Assembly (NCBI GenBank): GCA_964016885.1 | Contig: OZ024742.1 | Location: 376,030,001 to 376,094,000, forward strand | Direction: 5' to 3' | Length of the DNA: 64,000 nt | From: Eledone cirrhosa | Taxonomy: Eukaryota | Part shown: one piece after another, positions 43,601-60,200 of the stretch | How the letters are laid out: each line of letters begins with the position of its first letter | Numbering within the stretch: position 1 is the first letter of the stretch | Program-made: the position numbers and the translations under genes | Notes under the pieces: model-generated | Told to the model about the DNA's origin: nothing | The model's database searches: none | What the model saw: only the letters and a program-made list of their open reading frames with translations

Positions 43601-46600
43601 ACAACTGGTATTGACACTAGTACTAACCTAGTAAACACCAGCCCTGGTAATATAAAACTAGATAGAGAACAACTGGTATCGACACTAGTACCAACCTAGT
43701 AAACACCAGCTCTGGATATATAAAACTAGATAGAGAAAAACTGGTATTGACACTAGTACCAACCTAGTAAACACCAGCTCTGGTTATATAAAACTAGATA
43801 GAGCACAACTGGTATTGAGACTAGTACCAACCTGGTAAACACCAGCTCTGGTTATATAAAACTATGGAGAGAACTGGTATTGACACTAGTACCAACCTAG
43901 TAAACACCAGCTCTGGTTATATAGAACTAGATAGACAACTGGTATTGACACTAGTACCAACCTGGTAAACACCAGCTCTGGTTATATAAAACTAGATAGA
44001 GCACAACTGGTATTGAGACTAGTACCAACCTAGTAAACACCAGCTCTGGTTATATAAAACTAGATAGAGAACAACTGGTATTGAGACAAGTGCCAACCTA
44101 GTAAACACCAGTTCTGGTTATATAAAACTAGATGGAGAACAACTGGTATTGACACTAGTACCAACCTGGTAAACACCAGCTCTGGTTATATAAAACTAAA
44201 TAGAGAACAACTGGTATTGAGACTAGTACCAACCTAGTAAACACCAGCTCTGGTTATATAAAACTAGATGGAGAACAACTGGTATTGACACTAGTACCAA
44301 CCTGGTAAACACCAGCTCTGGTTATATAAAACTAGATAGAGAACAACTGGTATTGACACTAGTACCAACCTAGTAAACACCAGCCCAGGTTATATAAAAC
44401 TAGATAGAGAACAACTGGTATAGACACTAGTACCAACCTAGTAAACACCAGCTCTGGTTATATAAAACTAGATAGAGAACAACTGGTATTGACACTAGTA
44501 CCAACCTAGTAAACACCAGCTCTGGTTATATACAACTCGATAGAGAACAACTGGTATTGACACTAGTACCAACCTAGTAAACACCAGCTCTGGTTATATA
44601 CAACTAGATAGAGAACAACTGGTATTGACACTAGGACCAACCTAGTAAACACCAGCTCTGGTTATGTAAAACTAGATAGATAACTGGTATTGACACTAGT
44701 ACCAACCTAGTAAACACCAGCCCTAGTAATATAAAACTAGATAGAGAACAACTGGTATTGACACTAGTACCAACCTAGTAAACACCAGCTCTGGTTATAT
44801 AAAACTAGGGAGAGAACAACTGGTATTGACACTAGTACCAACCTAGTAAACACCAGCTCTGGTTATATAAAACTAGATGGAGAACAACTGGTATTGACAC
44901 TAGTACCAACCTAGTAAACACCAGCTCTGGTTATATAAAACTAGATGGAGAACAACTGGTATTGACACTAGTACCAACCTAGTAAACACCAGCTCTGGTT
45001 ATATAAAACTAGATAGAGAACAATTGGTATTGACACTAGTACCAACCCAGTAAACACCAGCTCTGGTTATATAAAACTTGATAGAGAACAACTGGTATTG
45101 AGACTAGTACCAACCTAGTAAACACCAGCTCTGGTTATATAAAACTAGATGGAGAACAACTGGTATTGACACTAGTACCAACCTAGTAAACACCAGCTCT
45201 GGTTATATAAAACTAGATGGAGAACAACTGGTATTGACACTAGTAACCAACCTAGTAAACACCAGCCCTGGTTATATAAAACTAGGGAGAGAACAACTGG
45301 TATTGACACTAGTACCAATCTAGTAAACACCAGCTCTGGTAATATAAAACTAGATAGAGAACAACTGGTATTGCCACTAGTACCAACCTAGTAAACACCA
45401 GCTCTGGTTATATAAAACTAGATAGACAACTGGTATTGCAACTAGTACCAACCTAGTAAACACCAGCTCTGGTTATATAAAACTAGATAGACAACTGGTA
45501 TTGCAACTAGTACCAACCTAGTAAACACCAGCTCTGGTTACACAAAACTAAATAGAGAACAACTGGTATTGACACTAGTACCAACCTAGTAAACACCAGC
45601 TCTGGTTATATAAAATTAGATAGTGAACAACTGGTATTGACACTAGTACCAACCTAGTAAACACCAGCTCTGGTAATATAAAACTAGATGGAGAACAACT
45701 GGTATTGACACTAGTACCAACCTGGTAAACACCAGCTCTGGTTATACAAAACTTTGATAGAGAACAACTGGTATTGACACTAGTACCAACCTAGTAAACA
45801 CCAGCCCTGGTTATATAAAACTAGATAGACAACTGGTATTGACACTACTACCAACCTAGTAAACACCAGCTCTGGTTATATAAAACTAGGGAGAGAACTG
45901 GTATTGAGACTAATACCAACCTAGTAAACACCAGCTCTGGTTATATAAAACTAGATAGACAACTGGTATTGACACTAGTACCAACCTAGTAAACACCAGC
46001 TCTGGTTATATAAAACTAGATAGAGAACAACTGGTATTGACACTAGTACCAACCTAGTAAACACCAGCTCTGGTTATATAAAACTATATAGACAACTGGT
46101 ATTGACACTAGTATCAACCTAGTAAACACCAGCTCTGGTTATATAAAACTAGATAGAGAACAACTTGTATTGACACTAGTACCAACCTAGGAAACACCAG
46201 CTCTGGTTATATAAAACTAGATAGAGAACAACTGGTATTGACACTAGTACCAACCTAGTAAATACCAGCTCTGGTTATATAAAACTAGATAGACAACTGG
46301 TATTGACACTAGTACCAACCTAGTAAACACCAGCTCTGGTTATATAAAACTAGATAGACAACTGGTATTGACACTAGTAACAACCTAGTAAACACCAGCT
46401 CTGGTTATATAAAACTAGATAGAGTACAACTGGTATTGACACTAGTAACAACCTAGTAAACACCAGCCCTGGTTATATAAAACTAGGGAGAGAACTGGTA
46501 TTGAGACTAATATCAACCTAGTAAACACCAGCTCTGGTTATATAAAACTAGATAGACAACAGGTATTGACACTAGTACCAACCTAGTAAACACCAGCTCT

Positions 46601-49600
46601 GGTTATATAAAACTAGATAGAGAACAACTGGTATTGACACTAGTACCAACCTAGCAAACACCAGCCCTGGTTATATAAAACTAGATAGACAACTGGTATT
46701 GACACTAGTACCAACCTAGTAAACACCGGCTCTGGTTACATAAAACTAGGGAGAGAACTGGTATTGAGACTAATACCAACCTAGTAAACACCAGCTCTGG
46801 TTATATAAAACTAGATAGACAACTGGTATTGACACTAGTACCAACCTAGTAAACACCAGCTCTGGTTATATAAAACTAGATAGAGAACAACTGGTATTGA
46901 CACTAGTACCAACCTAGTAAACACCAGCTCTGGTTATATAAAACTAGATAGACAACTGGTATTGACAGTAGTACCAACCTAGTAAACACCAGCTCTGGTT
47001 ATATAAAACTAGATAGAGAACAACTGGTATTGACACTAGTAGCAACCTAGTAAACACCAGCTCTGGTTATATAAAACTAGATAGAGAACAACTGGTATTG
47101 ACACTAGTACCAACCTAGTAAACACCAGCTCTGGTTATATAAAACTCGATAGACAACTGGTATTGACACTAGTACCAACCTAGTAAATACCAGCTCTGGT
47201 TATATAAAACTAGATAGACAACTGGTATTGACACTAGTAACAACCTAGTAAACACCAGCTCTGGTTATATAAAACTAGATAGAGAACAACTGGTATTGAC
47301 ACTAGTACCAACCTAGTAAACACCAGCTCTGGTTATATAAAACTAGATGGAGAACAACTGGTATTGAGACTAGTACCAACCTAGTAAACACCAGCTCTGG
47401 TTATACAAATCTAGATAGAGCACAACTGGTATTGACACTAGTACCAACCTAGTAAACCCCAGCTCTGGTTATATAAAACTAGATAGAAAACAACTGGTAT
47501 TGACACTAGTACCAATCTAGTAAACACCAGCACTGGTTATATAAAACTAGATGGAGAACAACTGGTATTGACACTAGTAAGAACCTAGTAAACACCAGCT
47601 CTGGTTATATAAAACTAGATAGAGAACAACTGGTATTGACACTAGTACCAACCTAGTAAACACCAGCTCCGGTTATATAAAACTAGATAGACAACTGGTA
47701 TTGAAACTAGTACCAACCTAGTAAACACCAGCTCTGGTTATATAAAACTAGATAGAGAACAACTGGTATTGACACTAGTACCAACCTAGTAAACACCAGC
47801 TCTGGTTATATAAAACTAGATAGACAACTGGTATTGACACTAGTACCAACCTAGTAAACACCAGCTCTGGTTATATAAAACTAGGGAGAGAACTGGTATT
47901 GAGACTAATACCAACCTAGTAAACACCAGCTCTGGTTATATAAAACTAGATAGACAACTGGTATTGACACTAGTACCAACCTAGTAAACACCAGCTCTGG
48001 TTATATAAAACTAGATAGAGAACAACTGGTATTGACACTAGTACCAACCTAGTAAACACCAGCTCTGGTTATATAAAACTAGATAGAGAACAACTGGTAT
48101 TGAGACTAGTACCAACCTAGTAAACACCAGCGCTGGTTATATAAAACTAGATAGAGAACAACTGGTATTGAGACTAGTACCAACCTAGTAAACACCAGCG
48201 CTGGTTATATAAAACTAGATGGAGAACAATTGGTATTGACACTAGTACCAACCTAGTAAACACCAGCTCTGGTTACACAAAACTAAATAGAGAACAACTG
48301 GTATTGACACTAGTACCAACCTAGTAAACACCAGCTCTGGTTATATAAAATTAGATAGTGAACAACTGGTATTGACACTAGTACCAACCTAGTAAACACC
48401 AGCTCTGGTAATATAAAACTAGATGGAGAACAACTGGCATTGACACTAGTACCAACCTGGTAAACACCAGCTCTGGTTATACAAAACTTTGATAGAGAAC
48501 AACTGGTATTGACACTAGTACCAACCTAGTAAACACCAGCTCTGGTTATATACAACTAGATAGAGAACAACTGGTATTGACACTAGGACCAACCTAGTAA
48601 ACACCAGCTCTGGTTATATGAAACTAGATAGAGAACAACTGGTATTGAGACTAGTACCAACCTAGTAAACACCAGCTCTGGTTATATAAAACTAGATAGA
48701 CAACTGGTATTGACACTAGTACCAACCTAGTAAACACCAGCCCTGGTAATATAAAACTAGATAGAGAACAACTGGTATTGACACTAGTACCAACCTAGTA
48801 AACACCAGCTCTGGATATATAAAACTAGATAGAGAACAACTGGTATTGAGACTAGTACCAACCTAGTAAACACCAGCTCTGGTCATATAAAACTAGATAG
48901 AGAAAAACTGGTATTGACACTAGTACCAACCTAGTAAACACCAGCTCTGGTTATATAAAACTAGATAGAGCACAACTGGTATTGACACTAGTACCAACCT
49001 GGTAAACACCAGCACTGGTTATATAAAACTATGGAGAGAACTGGTATTGAAACTAGTACCAACCTAGTAAACACCAGCTCTGGTTATATAAAACTAGATA
49101 GAGAACAACAGGTATTGACACTAGTACCAACCTAGTAAACACCAGCTCTGGTTATATAGAACTAGATAGACAACTGGTATTGACACTAGTACCAACCTGG
49201 TAAACACCAGCTCTGGTTATATAAAACTAGATAGAGCACAACTGGTATTGAGACTAGTACCAACCTAGTAAACACCAGCTCTGGTTATATAAAACTAGAT
49301 AGAGAACAACTGGTATTGAGACAAGTGCCAACCTAGTAAACACCAGTTCTGGTTATATAAAACTAGATGGAGAACAACTGGTATTGACACTAGTACCAAC
49401 CTGGTAAACACCAGCTCTGGTTATATAAAACTAAATAGAGACCAACTGGTATTGACACTAGTACCAACCTAGTAAACACCAGCTCTGGTTATATACAACT
49501 CGATAGAGAACAACTGGTATTGACACTAGTACCAACCTAGTAAACACCAGCTCTGGTTATATACAACTAGATAGAGAACAACTGGTATTGACACTAGGAC

Positions 49601-51269
49601 CAACCTAGTAATCACCAGCTCTGGTTATATACAACTAGATAGAGAACAACTGGTATTGACACTAGGACCAACCTAGTAAACACCAGCTCTGGTTATATAA
49701 AACTAGATAGATAACTGGTATTGACACTAGTACCAACCTAGTAAACACCAGCCCTAGTAATATAAAACTAGATAGAGAACAACTGGTATTGACACTAGTA
49801 CCAACCTAGTAAACACCAGCTCTGGTTATATAAAACTAGGGAGAGAACAACTGGTATTGCAACTAGTACCAACCTAGTAAACACCAGCTCTGGTTATATA
49901 AAACTAGATGGAGAACAATTGGTATTGACACTAGTACCAACCTAGTAAACACCAGCTCTGGTTACACAAAACTAAATAGAGAACAACTGGTATTGACACT
50001 AGTACCAACCTAGTAAACACCAGCTCTGGTTATATAAAATTAGATAGTGAACAACTGGTATTGACACTAGTACCAACCTAGTAAACACCAGCTCTGGTAA
50101 TATAAAACTAGATGGAGAACAACTGGTATTGACACTAGTACCAACCTGGTAAACACCAGCTCTGGTTATACAAAACTTTGAGAGAGAACAACTGGTATTG
50201 ACACTAGTACCAACCTAGTAAACACCAGCTCTGGTTATATACAACTAGATAGAGAACAACTGGTATTGAGACTAGTACCAACCTAGTAAACACCAGCTCT
50301 GGATATATAAAACTAGATAGAGAACAACTGGTATTGAGACTAGTACCAATCTAGTAAACACCAGCTCTGGTCATATAAAACTAGATAGAGAAAAACTGGT
50401 ATTGACACTAGTACCAACCTAGTAAACACCAGCTCTGGTTATATAAAACTAGATAGAGAACAACTGGTATTGACACTAGTACCAACCTAGTAAACACCAG
50501 CTCTGGATATATAAAACTAGATAGAGAAAAACTGGTATTGACACTAGTACCAACCTAGTAAACACCAGCTCTGGTTATATAAAACTAGATGGAGAACAAC
50601 TGGTATTGACACTAGTACCAACCTGGTAAACACCAGCTCTGGTTATATAAAACTAAATAGAGAACAACTGGTATTGAGACTAGTACCAACCTAGTAAACA
50701 CCAGCTCTGGTTATATAAAACTAGATGGAGAACAACTGGTATTGACACTAGTACCAACCTGGTAAACACCAGCTCTGGTTATATAAAACTAGATAGAGAA
50801 CAACTGGTATTGACACTAGTACCAACCTAGTAAACACCAGCCCAGGTTATATAAAACTAGATAGAGAACAACTGGTATTGACACTAGTACCAACCTAGTA
50901 AACACCAGCTCTGGTTATATAAAACTAGGGAGAGAACTGGTATAGACACTAGTACCAACCTAGTAAACACCAGCTCTGGTTATATAAAACTAGATAGAGA
51001 ACAACTGGTATTGACACTAGTACCAACCTAGTAAACACCAGCTCTGGTTATATACAACTCGATAGACAACAACTGGTATTGACACTAGTACCAACCTAGT
51101 AAACACCAGCTCTGGTTATATACAACTACATAGAGAACAACTGGTATTGACACTAGGACCAACCTAGTAAACACCAGCTCTGGTTATATAAAACTAGATA
51201 GAGAACAACTGGTATTGAGACTAGTACCAACCTAGTAAACACCAGCTCTGGTTATATAAAACTAGATAG

Positions 51270-53760
51270 ACAACTGGTATAGACACTAGTACCAACCTAG
51301 TTAACACCAGCTCTGGTTATATAAAACTAGATAGAGAACAACTGGTATTGACACTAGTACCAACCTAGTAAACACGAGCTCTGGTTATATACAACTAGAT
51401 AGAGAACAACTGGTATTGACACTAGGACCAACCTAGTAAACACCAGCTCTGGTTATGTAAAACTAGATAGATAACTGGTATTGACACTAGTACCAACCTA
51501 GTAAACACCAGCCCTAGTAATATAAAACTAGATAGAGAACAACTGGTATTGACACTAGTACCAACCTAGTAAACACCAGCTCTGGTTATATAAAACTAGG
51601 GAGAGAACAACTGGTATTGACACTAGTACCAACCTAGTAAACACCAGCTCTGGTTATATAAAACTAGATGGAGAACAACTGGTATTGACACTAGTACCAA
51701 CCTAGTAAACACCAGCTCTGGTTATATAAAACTAGATGGAGAACAACTGGTATTGACACTAGTACCAACCTAGTAAACACCAGCTCTGGTTATATAAAAC
51801 TAGATAGAGAACAATTGGTATTGACACTAGTACCAACCCAGTAAACACCAGCTCTGGTTATATAAAACTTGATAGAGAACAACTGGTATTGAGACTAGTA
51901 CCAACCTAGTAAACACCAGCTCTGGTTATATAAAACTAGATGGAGAACAACTGGTATTGACACTAGTACCAACCTAGTAAACACCAGCTCTGGTTATATA
52001 AAACTAGATGGAGAACAACTGGTATTGACACTAGTACCAACCTAGTAAACACCAGCCCTGGTTATATAAAACTAGGGAGAGAACAACTGGTATTGACACT
52101 AGTACCAATCTAGTAAACACCAGCTCAGGTAATATAAAACTAGATAGAGAACAACTGGTATTGACACTAGTACCAACCTAGTAAACACCAGCTCTGGTTA
52201 TATAAAACTAGGGAGAGAATAACTGGTATTGACACTAGTACCAACCTAGTAAACACCAGCTCTGGTTATATAAAACTAGATAGACAACTGGTATTGCCAC
52301 TAGTACCAACCTAGTAAACACCAGCTCTGGTTATATAAAACTAGATAGAGAACAACTGGTATTGAGACTAGTACCAACCTAGTAAACACCAGCTCTGGTT
52401 ATATAAAACTAGATAGACAACTGGTATTGCAACTAGTACCAACCTAGTAAACACCAGCTCTGGTTATATAAAACTAGATAGACAACTGGTATTGCAACTA
52501 GTACCAACCTAGTAAACACCAGCTCTGGTTACACAAAACTAAATAGAGAACAACTGGTATTGAGACTAGTACCAACCTAGTAAACACCAGCTCTGGTTAT
52601 ATAAAACTAGGGAGAGAATAACTGGTATTGACACTAGTACCAACCTAGTAAACACCAGCTCTGGTTATATAAAACTAGATAGACAACTGGTATAGACACT
52701 AGTACCAACCTAGTTAACACCAGCTCTGGTTATATAAAACTAGATAGAGAACAACTGGTATTGACACTAGTACCAACCTAGTAAACACGAGCTCTGGTTA
52801 TATACAACTAGATAGAGAACAACTGGTATTGACACTAGGACCAACCTAGTAAACACCAGCTCTGGTTATGTAAAACTAGATAGATAACTGGTATTGACAC
52901 TAGTACCAACCTAGTAAACACCAGCCCTAGTAATATAAAACTAGATAGAGAACAACTGGTATTGACACTAGTACCAACCTAGTAAACACCAGCTCTGGTT
53001 ATATAAAACTAGGGAGAGAACAACTGGTATTGACACTAGTACCAACCTAGTAAACACCAGCTCTGGTTATATAAAACTAGATGGAGAACAACTGGTATTG
53101 ACACTAGTACCAACCTAGTAAACACCAGCTCTGGTTATATAAAACTAGATGGAGAACAACTGGTATTGACACTAGTACCAACCTAGTAAACACCAGCTCT
53201 GGTTATATAAAACTAGATAGAGAACAATTGGTATTGACACTAGTACCAACCCAGTAAACACCAGCTCTGGTTATATAAAACTTGATAGAGAACAACTGGT
53301 ATTGAGACTAGTACCAACCTAGTAAACACCAGCTCTGGTTATATAAAACTAGATGGAGAACAACTGGTATTGACACTAGTACCAACCTAGTAAACACCAG
53401 CTCTGGTTATATAAAACTAGATGGAGAACAACTGGTATTGACACTAGTACCAACCTAGTAAACACCAGCCCTGGTTATATAAAACTAGGGAGAGAACAAC
53501 TGGTATTGACACTAGTACCAATCTAGTAAACACCAGCTCTGGTAATATAAAACTAGATAGAGAACAACTGGTATTGACACTAGTACCAACCTAGTAAACA
53601 CCAGCTCTGGTTATATAAAACTAGGGAGAGAATAACTGGTATTGACACTAGTACCAACCTAGTAAACACCAGCTCTGGTTATATAAAACTAGATAGACAA
53701 CTGGTATTGCCACTAGTACCAACCTAGTAAACACCAGCTCTGGTTATATAAAACTAGATA
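51270..53760. repeat. Block duplication with 1413-bp offset (21 monomers)
   Basis: TAG-TTAAC at 51301/52714, followed in both copies by CACGAGC, TATGTAAAA/GATAACT, CCCTAGTAAT, CCCAGTA/ACTTGAT and GAATAAC in the same order. Confidence 0.83.
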
Positions 53761-56700
53761 GACAACTGGTATTGCAACTAGTACCAACCTAGTAAACACC
53801 AGCTCTGGTTATATAAAACTAGATAGACAACTGGTATTGCAACTAGTACCAACCTAGTAAACACCAGCTCTGGTTACACAAAACTAAATAGAGAACAACT
53901 GGTATTGACACTAGTACCAACCTAGTAAACACCAGCTCTGGTTATATAAAATTAGATAGTGAACAACTGGTATTGACACTAGTACCAACCTAGTAAACAC
54001 CAGCTCTGGTAATATAAAACTAGATGGAGAACAACTGGTATTGACACTAGTACCAACCTGGTAAACACCAGCTCTGGTTATACAAAACTTTGATAGAGAA
54101 CAACTGGTATTGACACTAGTACCAACCTAGTAAACACCAGCCCTGGTTATATAAAACTAGATAGACAACTGGTATTGACACTACTACCAACCTAGTAAAC
54201 ACCAGCTCTGGTTATATAAAACTAGGGAGAGAACTGGTATTGAGACTAATACCAACCTAGTAAACACCAGCTCTGGTTATATAAAACTAGATAGACAACT
54301 GGTATTGACACTAGTACCAACCTAGTAAACACCAGCTCTGGTTATATAAAACTAGATAGAGAACAACTGGTATTGACACTAGTACCAACCTAGTAAACAC
54401 CAGCTCTGGTTATATAAAACTATATAGACAACTGGTATTGACACTAGTATCAACCTAGTAAACACCAGCTCTGGTTATATAAAACTAGATAGAGAACAAC
54501 TGGTATTGACACTAGTACCAACCTAGCAAACACCAGCCCTGGTTATATAAAACTAGATAGACAACTGGTATTGACACTAGTACCAACCTAGTAAACACCG
54601 GCTCTGGTTACATAAAACTAGGGAGAGAACTGGTATTGAGACTAATACCAACCTAGTAAACACCAGCTCTGGTTATATAAAACTAGATAGACAACTGGTA
54701 TTGACACTAGTACCAACCTAGTAAACACCAGCTCTGGTTATATAAAACTAGATAGACAACTGGTATTGACAGTAGTACCAACCTAGTAAACACCAGCTCT
54801 GGTTATATAAAACTAGATAGAGAACAACTGGTATTGACCTAGTACCAACCTAGTAAACACCAGCTCTGGTTATATAAAACTAGATAGAGAACAACTGGTA
54901 TTGACACTAGTACCAACCTAGTAAACACCAGCTCTGGTTATATAAAACTAGATAGACAACTGGTATTGACACTAGTACCAACCTAGTAAACACCAGCTCT
55001 GGTTATATAAAACTCGATAGACAACTGGTATTGACACTAGTACCAACCTAGTAAATACCAGCTCTGGTTATATAAAACTAGATAGACAACTGGTATTGAC
55101 ACTAGTAACAACCTAGTAAACACCAGCTCTGGTTATATAAAACTAGATAGAGAACAACTGGTATTGACACTAGTACCAACCTAGTAAACACCAGCTCTGG
55201 TTATATAAAACTAGATGGAGAACAACTGGTATTGAGACTAGTACCAACCTAGTAAACACCAGCTCTGGTTATACAAATCTAGATAGAGCACAACTGGTAT
55301 TGACACTAGTACCAACCTAGTAAACCCCAGCTCTGGTTATATAAAACTAGATAGAAAACAACTGGTATTGACACTAGTACCAATCTAGTAAACACCAGCA
55401 CTGGTTATATAAAACTAGATGGAGAACAACTGGTATTGACACTAGTAAGAACCTAGTAAACACCAGCTCTGGTTATATAAAACTAGATAGAGAACAACTG
55501 GTATTGACACTAGTACCAACCTAGTAAACACCAGCTCTGGTTATATAAAACTAGATAGACAACTGGTATTGAAACTAGTACCAACCTAGTAAACACCAGC
55601 TCTGGTTATATAAAACTAGATAGAGAACAACTGGTATTGACACTAGTACCAACCTAGTAAACACCAGCTCTGGTTATATAAAACTAGATAGACAACTGGT
55701 ATTGACACCAGTACCAACCTAGTAAACACCAGCTCTGGTTATATAAAACTAGATAGACAACTGGTATTGACACTAGTAACAACCTAGTAAACACCGGCTC
55801 TGGTTATATAAAACTAGATAGAGAACAACTGGTATTGACACTAGTAACAACCTAGTAAACACCAGCCCTGGTTATATAAAACTAGATAGACAACTGGTAT
55901 TGACACTAGTACCAACCTAGTAAACACCAGCTCTGGTTATATAAAACTAGGGAGAGAACTGGTATTGAGACTAATACCAACCTAGTAAACACCAGCTCTG
56001 GTTATATAAAACTAGATAGACAACTGGTATTGACACTAGTACCAACCTAGTAAACACCAGCTCTGGTTATATAAAACTAGATAGAGAACAACTGGTATTG
56101 ACACTAGTACCAACCTAGTAAACACCAGCCCTGGTTATATAAAACTAGATAGACAACTGGTATTGACACTAGTACCAACCTAGTAAACACCAGCTCTGGT
56201 TATATAAAACTAGGGAGAGAACTGGTATTGAGACTAATACCAACCTAGTAAACACCAGCTCTGGTTATATAAAACTAGATAGACAACTGGTATTGACACT
56301 AGTACCAACCTAGTAAACACCAGCTCTGGTTATATAAAACTAGATAGAGAACAACTGGTATTGACACTAGTACCAACCTAGTAAACACCAGCTCTGGTTA
56401 TATAAAACTAGATAGAGAACAACTGGTATTGACACTAGTACCAACCTAGTAAACACCAGCTCTGGTTATATAAAACTAGATAGACAACTGGTATTGACAC
56501 TAGTACCAACCTAGTAAACACCAGCTCTGGTTATATAAAACTAGATAGACAACTGGTATTGACACTAGTACCAACCTAGTAAACACCAGCTCTGGTTATA
56601 TAAAACTAGATAGACAACTGGTATTGACACTAGTAACAACCTAGTAAACACCAGCTCTGGTTATATAAAACTAGATAGAGAACAACTGGTATTGACACTA

Positions 56701-57499
56701 GTACCAACCTAGTAAACACCAGCTCTGGTTATATAAAACTAGATGGAGAACAACTGGTATTGAGACTAGTACCAACCTAGTAAACACCAGCTCTGGTTAT
56801 ATAAAACTAGGGAGAGAACAACTGGTATTGACACTAGTACCAATCTAGTAAACACCAGCTCTGGTAATATAAAACTAGATAGAGAACAACTGGTATTGAC
56901 ACTAGTACCAACCTAGTAAACACCAGCTGAGGTTATACAAAACTAGATGGAGAACAACTGGTATTGACTCTAGTACCAACCTAGTAAACACCAGCTCTGG
57001 TTATATAAAACTAGATGGAGAACAATTGGTATTGACACTAGTACCAACCTAGTAAACACCAGCTGTGGTTATACAAAACTAGATAGAGAACAACTGGTAT
57101 TGACACTAGTACCAACCTAGTAAACACCAGCTCTGGTAATATAAAACTAGATAGAGAACAACTGGTATTGAGACTAGTACCAACCTAGTAAACACCAGCT
57201 CTGGTTATATAAAACTAGATAGACAACTGGTATTGCCACTAGTACCAACCTAGTAAACACCAGCTCTGGTTATATAAAACTAGATAGAGAACAACTGGTA
57301 TTGAGACTAGTACCAACCTAGTAAACACCAGCTCTGGTTATATAAAACTAGATGGAGAACAACTGGTATTGAGACTAGTACCAACCTAGTAAACACCAGC
57401 TCTGGTTATACAAATCTAGATAGAGCACAACTGGTATTGACACTAGTACCAACCTAGTAAACACCAGCTCTGGTTATATAAAACTAGATAGAAAACAAC

Positions 57500-60200
57500 T
57501 GGTATTGACACTAGTACCAACCTAGTAAACACCAGCACTGGTTATATAAAACTAAATGGAGAACAACTGGTATTGACACTAGTAAGAACCTAGTAAACAC
57601 CAGCTCTGGTTATATAAAACTAGATAGAGAACAACTGGTATTGACACTAGTACCAACCTAGTAAACACCAGCTCTGGTTACATAAAACTAGGGAGAGAAC
57701 AACTGGTATTGACACTAGTACCAATCTAGTAAACACCAGCTCTGGTAATATAAAACTAGATAGACAACTGGTATTGACACTAGTACCAACCTAGTAAACA
57801 CCAGCTCTGGTTATATAAAACTAGGGAGAGAACTGGTATTGAGACTAATACCAACCTAGTAAACACCAGCTCTGGTTATATAAAACTAGATAGAGAACAA
57901 CTGGTATTGACACTAGTACCAACCTAGTAAACACCAGCTCTGGTTACATAAAACTAGGGAGAGAACAACTGGTATTGACACTAGTACCAACCTAGTAAAC
58001 ACCAGCTCTGGTTATATAAAACTAGATAGACAACTGGTATTGACACTAGTACCAACCTAGTAAACACCAGCTCTGGTTACATAAAACTAGATAGAGAACA
58101 ACTGGTATTGACACTAGTACCAACCTAGTAAACACCAGCCCTGGTTATATAAAACTAGATAGACAACTGGTATTGACACTAGTACCAACCTAGTAAACAC
58201 CAGCTCTGGTTATATAAAACTAGGGAGAGAACTGGTATTGAGACTAATACCAACCTAGTAAACACCAGCTCTGGTTATATAAAACTAGATAGACAACTGG
58301 TATTGACACTAGTACCAACCTAGTAAACACCAGCTCTGGTTATATAAAACTAGATAGAGAACAACTGGTATTGACACTAGTACCAACCTAGTAAACACCA
58401 GCTCTGGTTATATAAAACTAGATAGACAACTGGTATTGACACTAGTACCAACCTAGTAAACACCAGTTCTGGTTATATAAAACTAGATAGAGAACAACTG
58501 GTATTGACACTAGTACCAACCTAGTAAACACCAGCTCTGGTTATATAAAACTAGATAGAGAACAACTGGTATTGACACTAGTACCAACCTAGTAAACACC
58601 AGCTCTGGTTATATAAAACTAGATGGAGAACAACTGGTATTGACACTAGTACCAACCTAGTAAACACCAGCTCTGGTTATATAAAACTAGATAGAGAACA
58701 ACTGGTATTTACACTAGTAACAACCTAGTAAACACCAGCACTGGTTATATAAAACTAGATGGAGAACAACTGGTATTGACACTAGTAAGAACCTAGTAAA
58801 CACCAGCTCTGGTTATATAAAACTAGATAGAGAACAACTGGTATTGACACTAGTACCAACCTAGTAAACACCAGCACTGGTTATATAAAACTAAATGGAG
58901 AACAACTGGTATTGACACTAGTAAGAACCTAGTAAACACCAGCTCTGGTTATATAAAACTAGATAGAGAACAACTGGTATTGACACTAGTACCAACCTAG
59001 TAAACACCAGCTCTGGTTACATAAAACTAGGGAGAGAACAACTGGTATTGACACTAGTACCAATCTAGTAAACACCAGCTCTGGTAATATAAAACTAGAT
59101 AGACAACTGGTATTGACACTAGTACCAACCTAGTAAACACCAGCTCTGGTTATATAAAACTAGGGAGAGAACTGGTATTGAGACTAATACCAACCTAGTA
59201 AACACCAGCTCTGGTTATATAAAACTAGATAGAGAACAACTGGTATTGACACTAGTACCAACCTAGTAAACACCAGCTCTGGTTACATAAAACTAGGGAG
59301 AGAACAACTGGTATTGACACTAGTACCAACCTAGTAAACACCAGCTCTGGTTATATAAAACTAGATAGACAACTGGTATTGACACTAGTACCAACCTAGT
59401 AAACACCAGCTCTGGTTACATAAAACTAGATAGAGAACAACTGGTATTGACACTAGTACCAACCTAGTAAACACCAGCCCTGGTTATATAAAACTAGATA
59501 GACAACTGGTATTGACACTAGTACCAACCTAGTAAACACCAGCTCTGGTTATATAAAACTAGGGAGAGAACTGGTATTGAGACTAATACCAACCTAGTAA
59601 ACACCAGCTCTGGTTATATAAAACTAGATAGACAACTGGTATTGACACTAGTACCAACCTAGTAAACACCAGCTCTGGTTATATAAAACTAGATAGAGAA
59701 CAACTGGTATTGACACTAGTACCAACCTAGTAAACACCAGCTCTGGTTATATAAAACTAGATAGACAACTGGTATTGACACTAGTACCAACCTAGTAAAC
59801 ACCAGTTCTGGTTATATAAAACTAGATAGAGAACAACTGGTATTGACACTAGTACCAACCTAGTAAACACCAGCTCTGGTTATATAAAACTAGATAGAGA
59901 ACAACTGGTATTGACACTAGTACCAACCTAGTAAACACCAGCTCTGGTTATATAAAACTAGATGGAGAACAACTGGTATTGACACTAGTACCAACCTAGT
60001 AAACACCAGCTCTGGTTATATAAAACTAGATAGAGAACAACTGGTATTTACACTAGTAACAACCTAGTAAACACCAGCACTGGTTATATAAAACTAGATG
60101 GAGAACAACTGGTATTGACACTAGTAAGAACCTAGTAAACACCAGCTCTGGTTATATAAAACTAGATAGAGAACAACTGGTATTGACACTAGTACCAACC
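57500..60200. repeat. Tandem duplication with 1339-bp offset (20 monomers)
   Basis: ACCAGCACTG 57531/58870, ACTAAATGGA 57551/58890 and ACTGGTATTTAC 58701/60040 are all offset by 1339. Confidence 0.92.

Noticed and set aside
31040-54845. Singleton 1-bp indels (about 31051, 45245, 54838) as meaningful variants
   Set aside because: Each was seen only once and cannot be distinguished from sequencing or consensus error.
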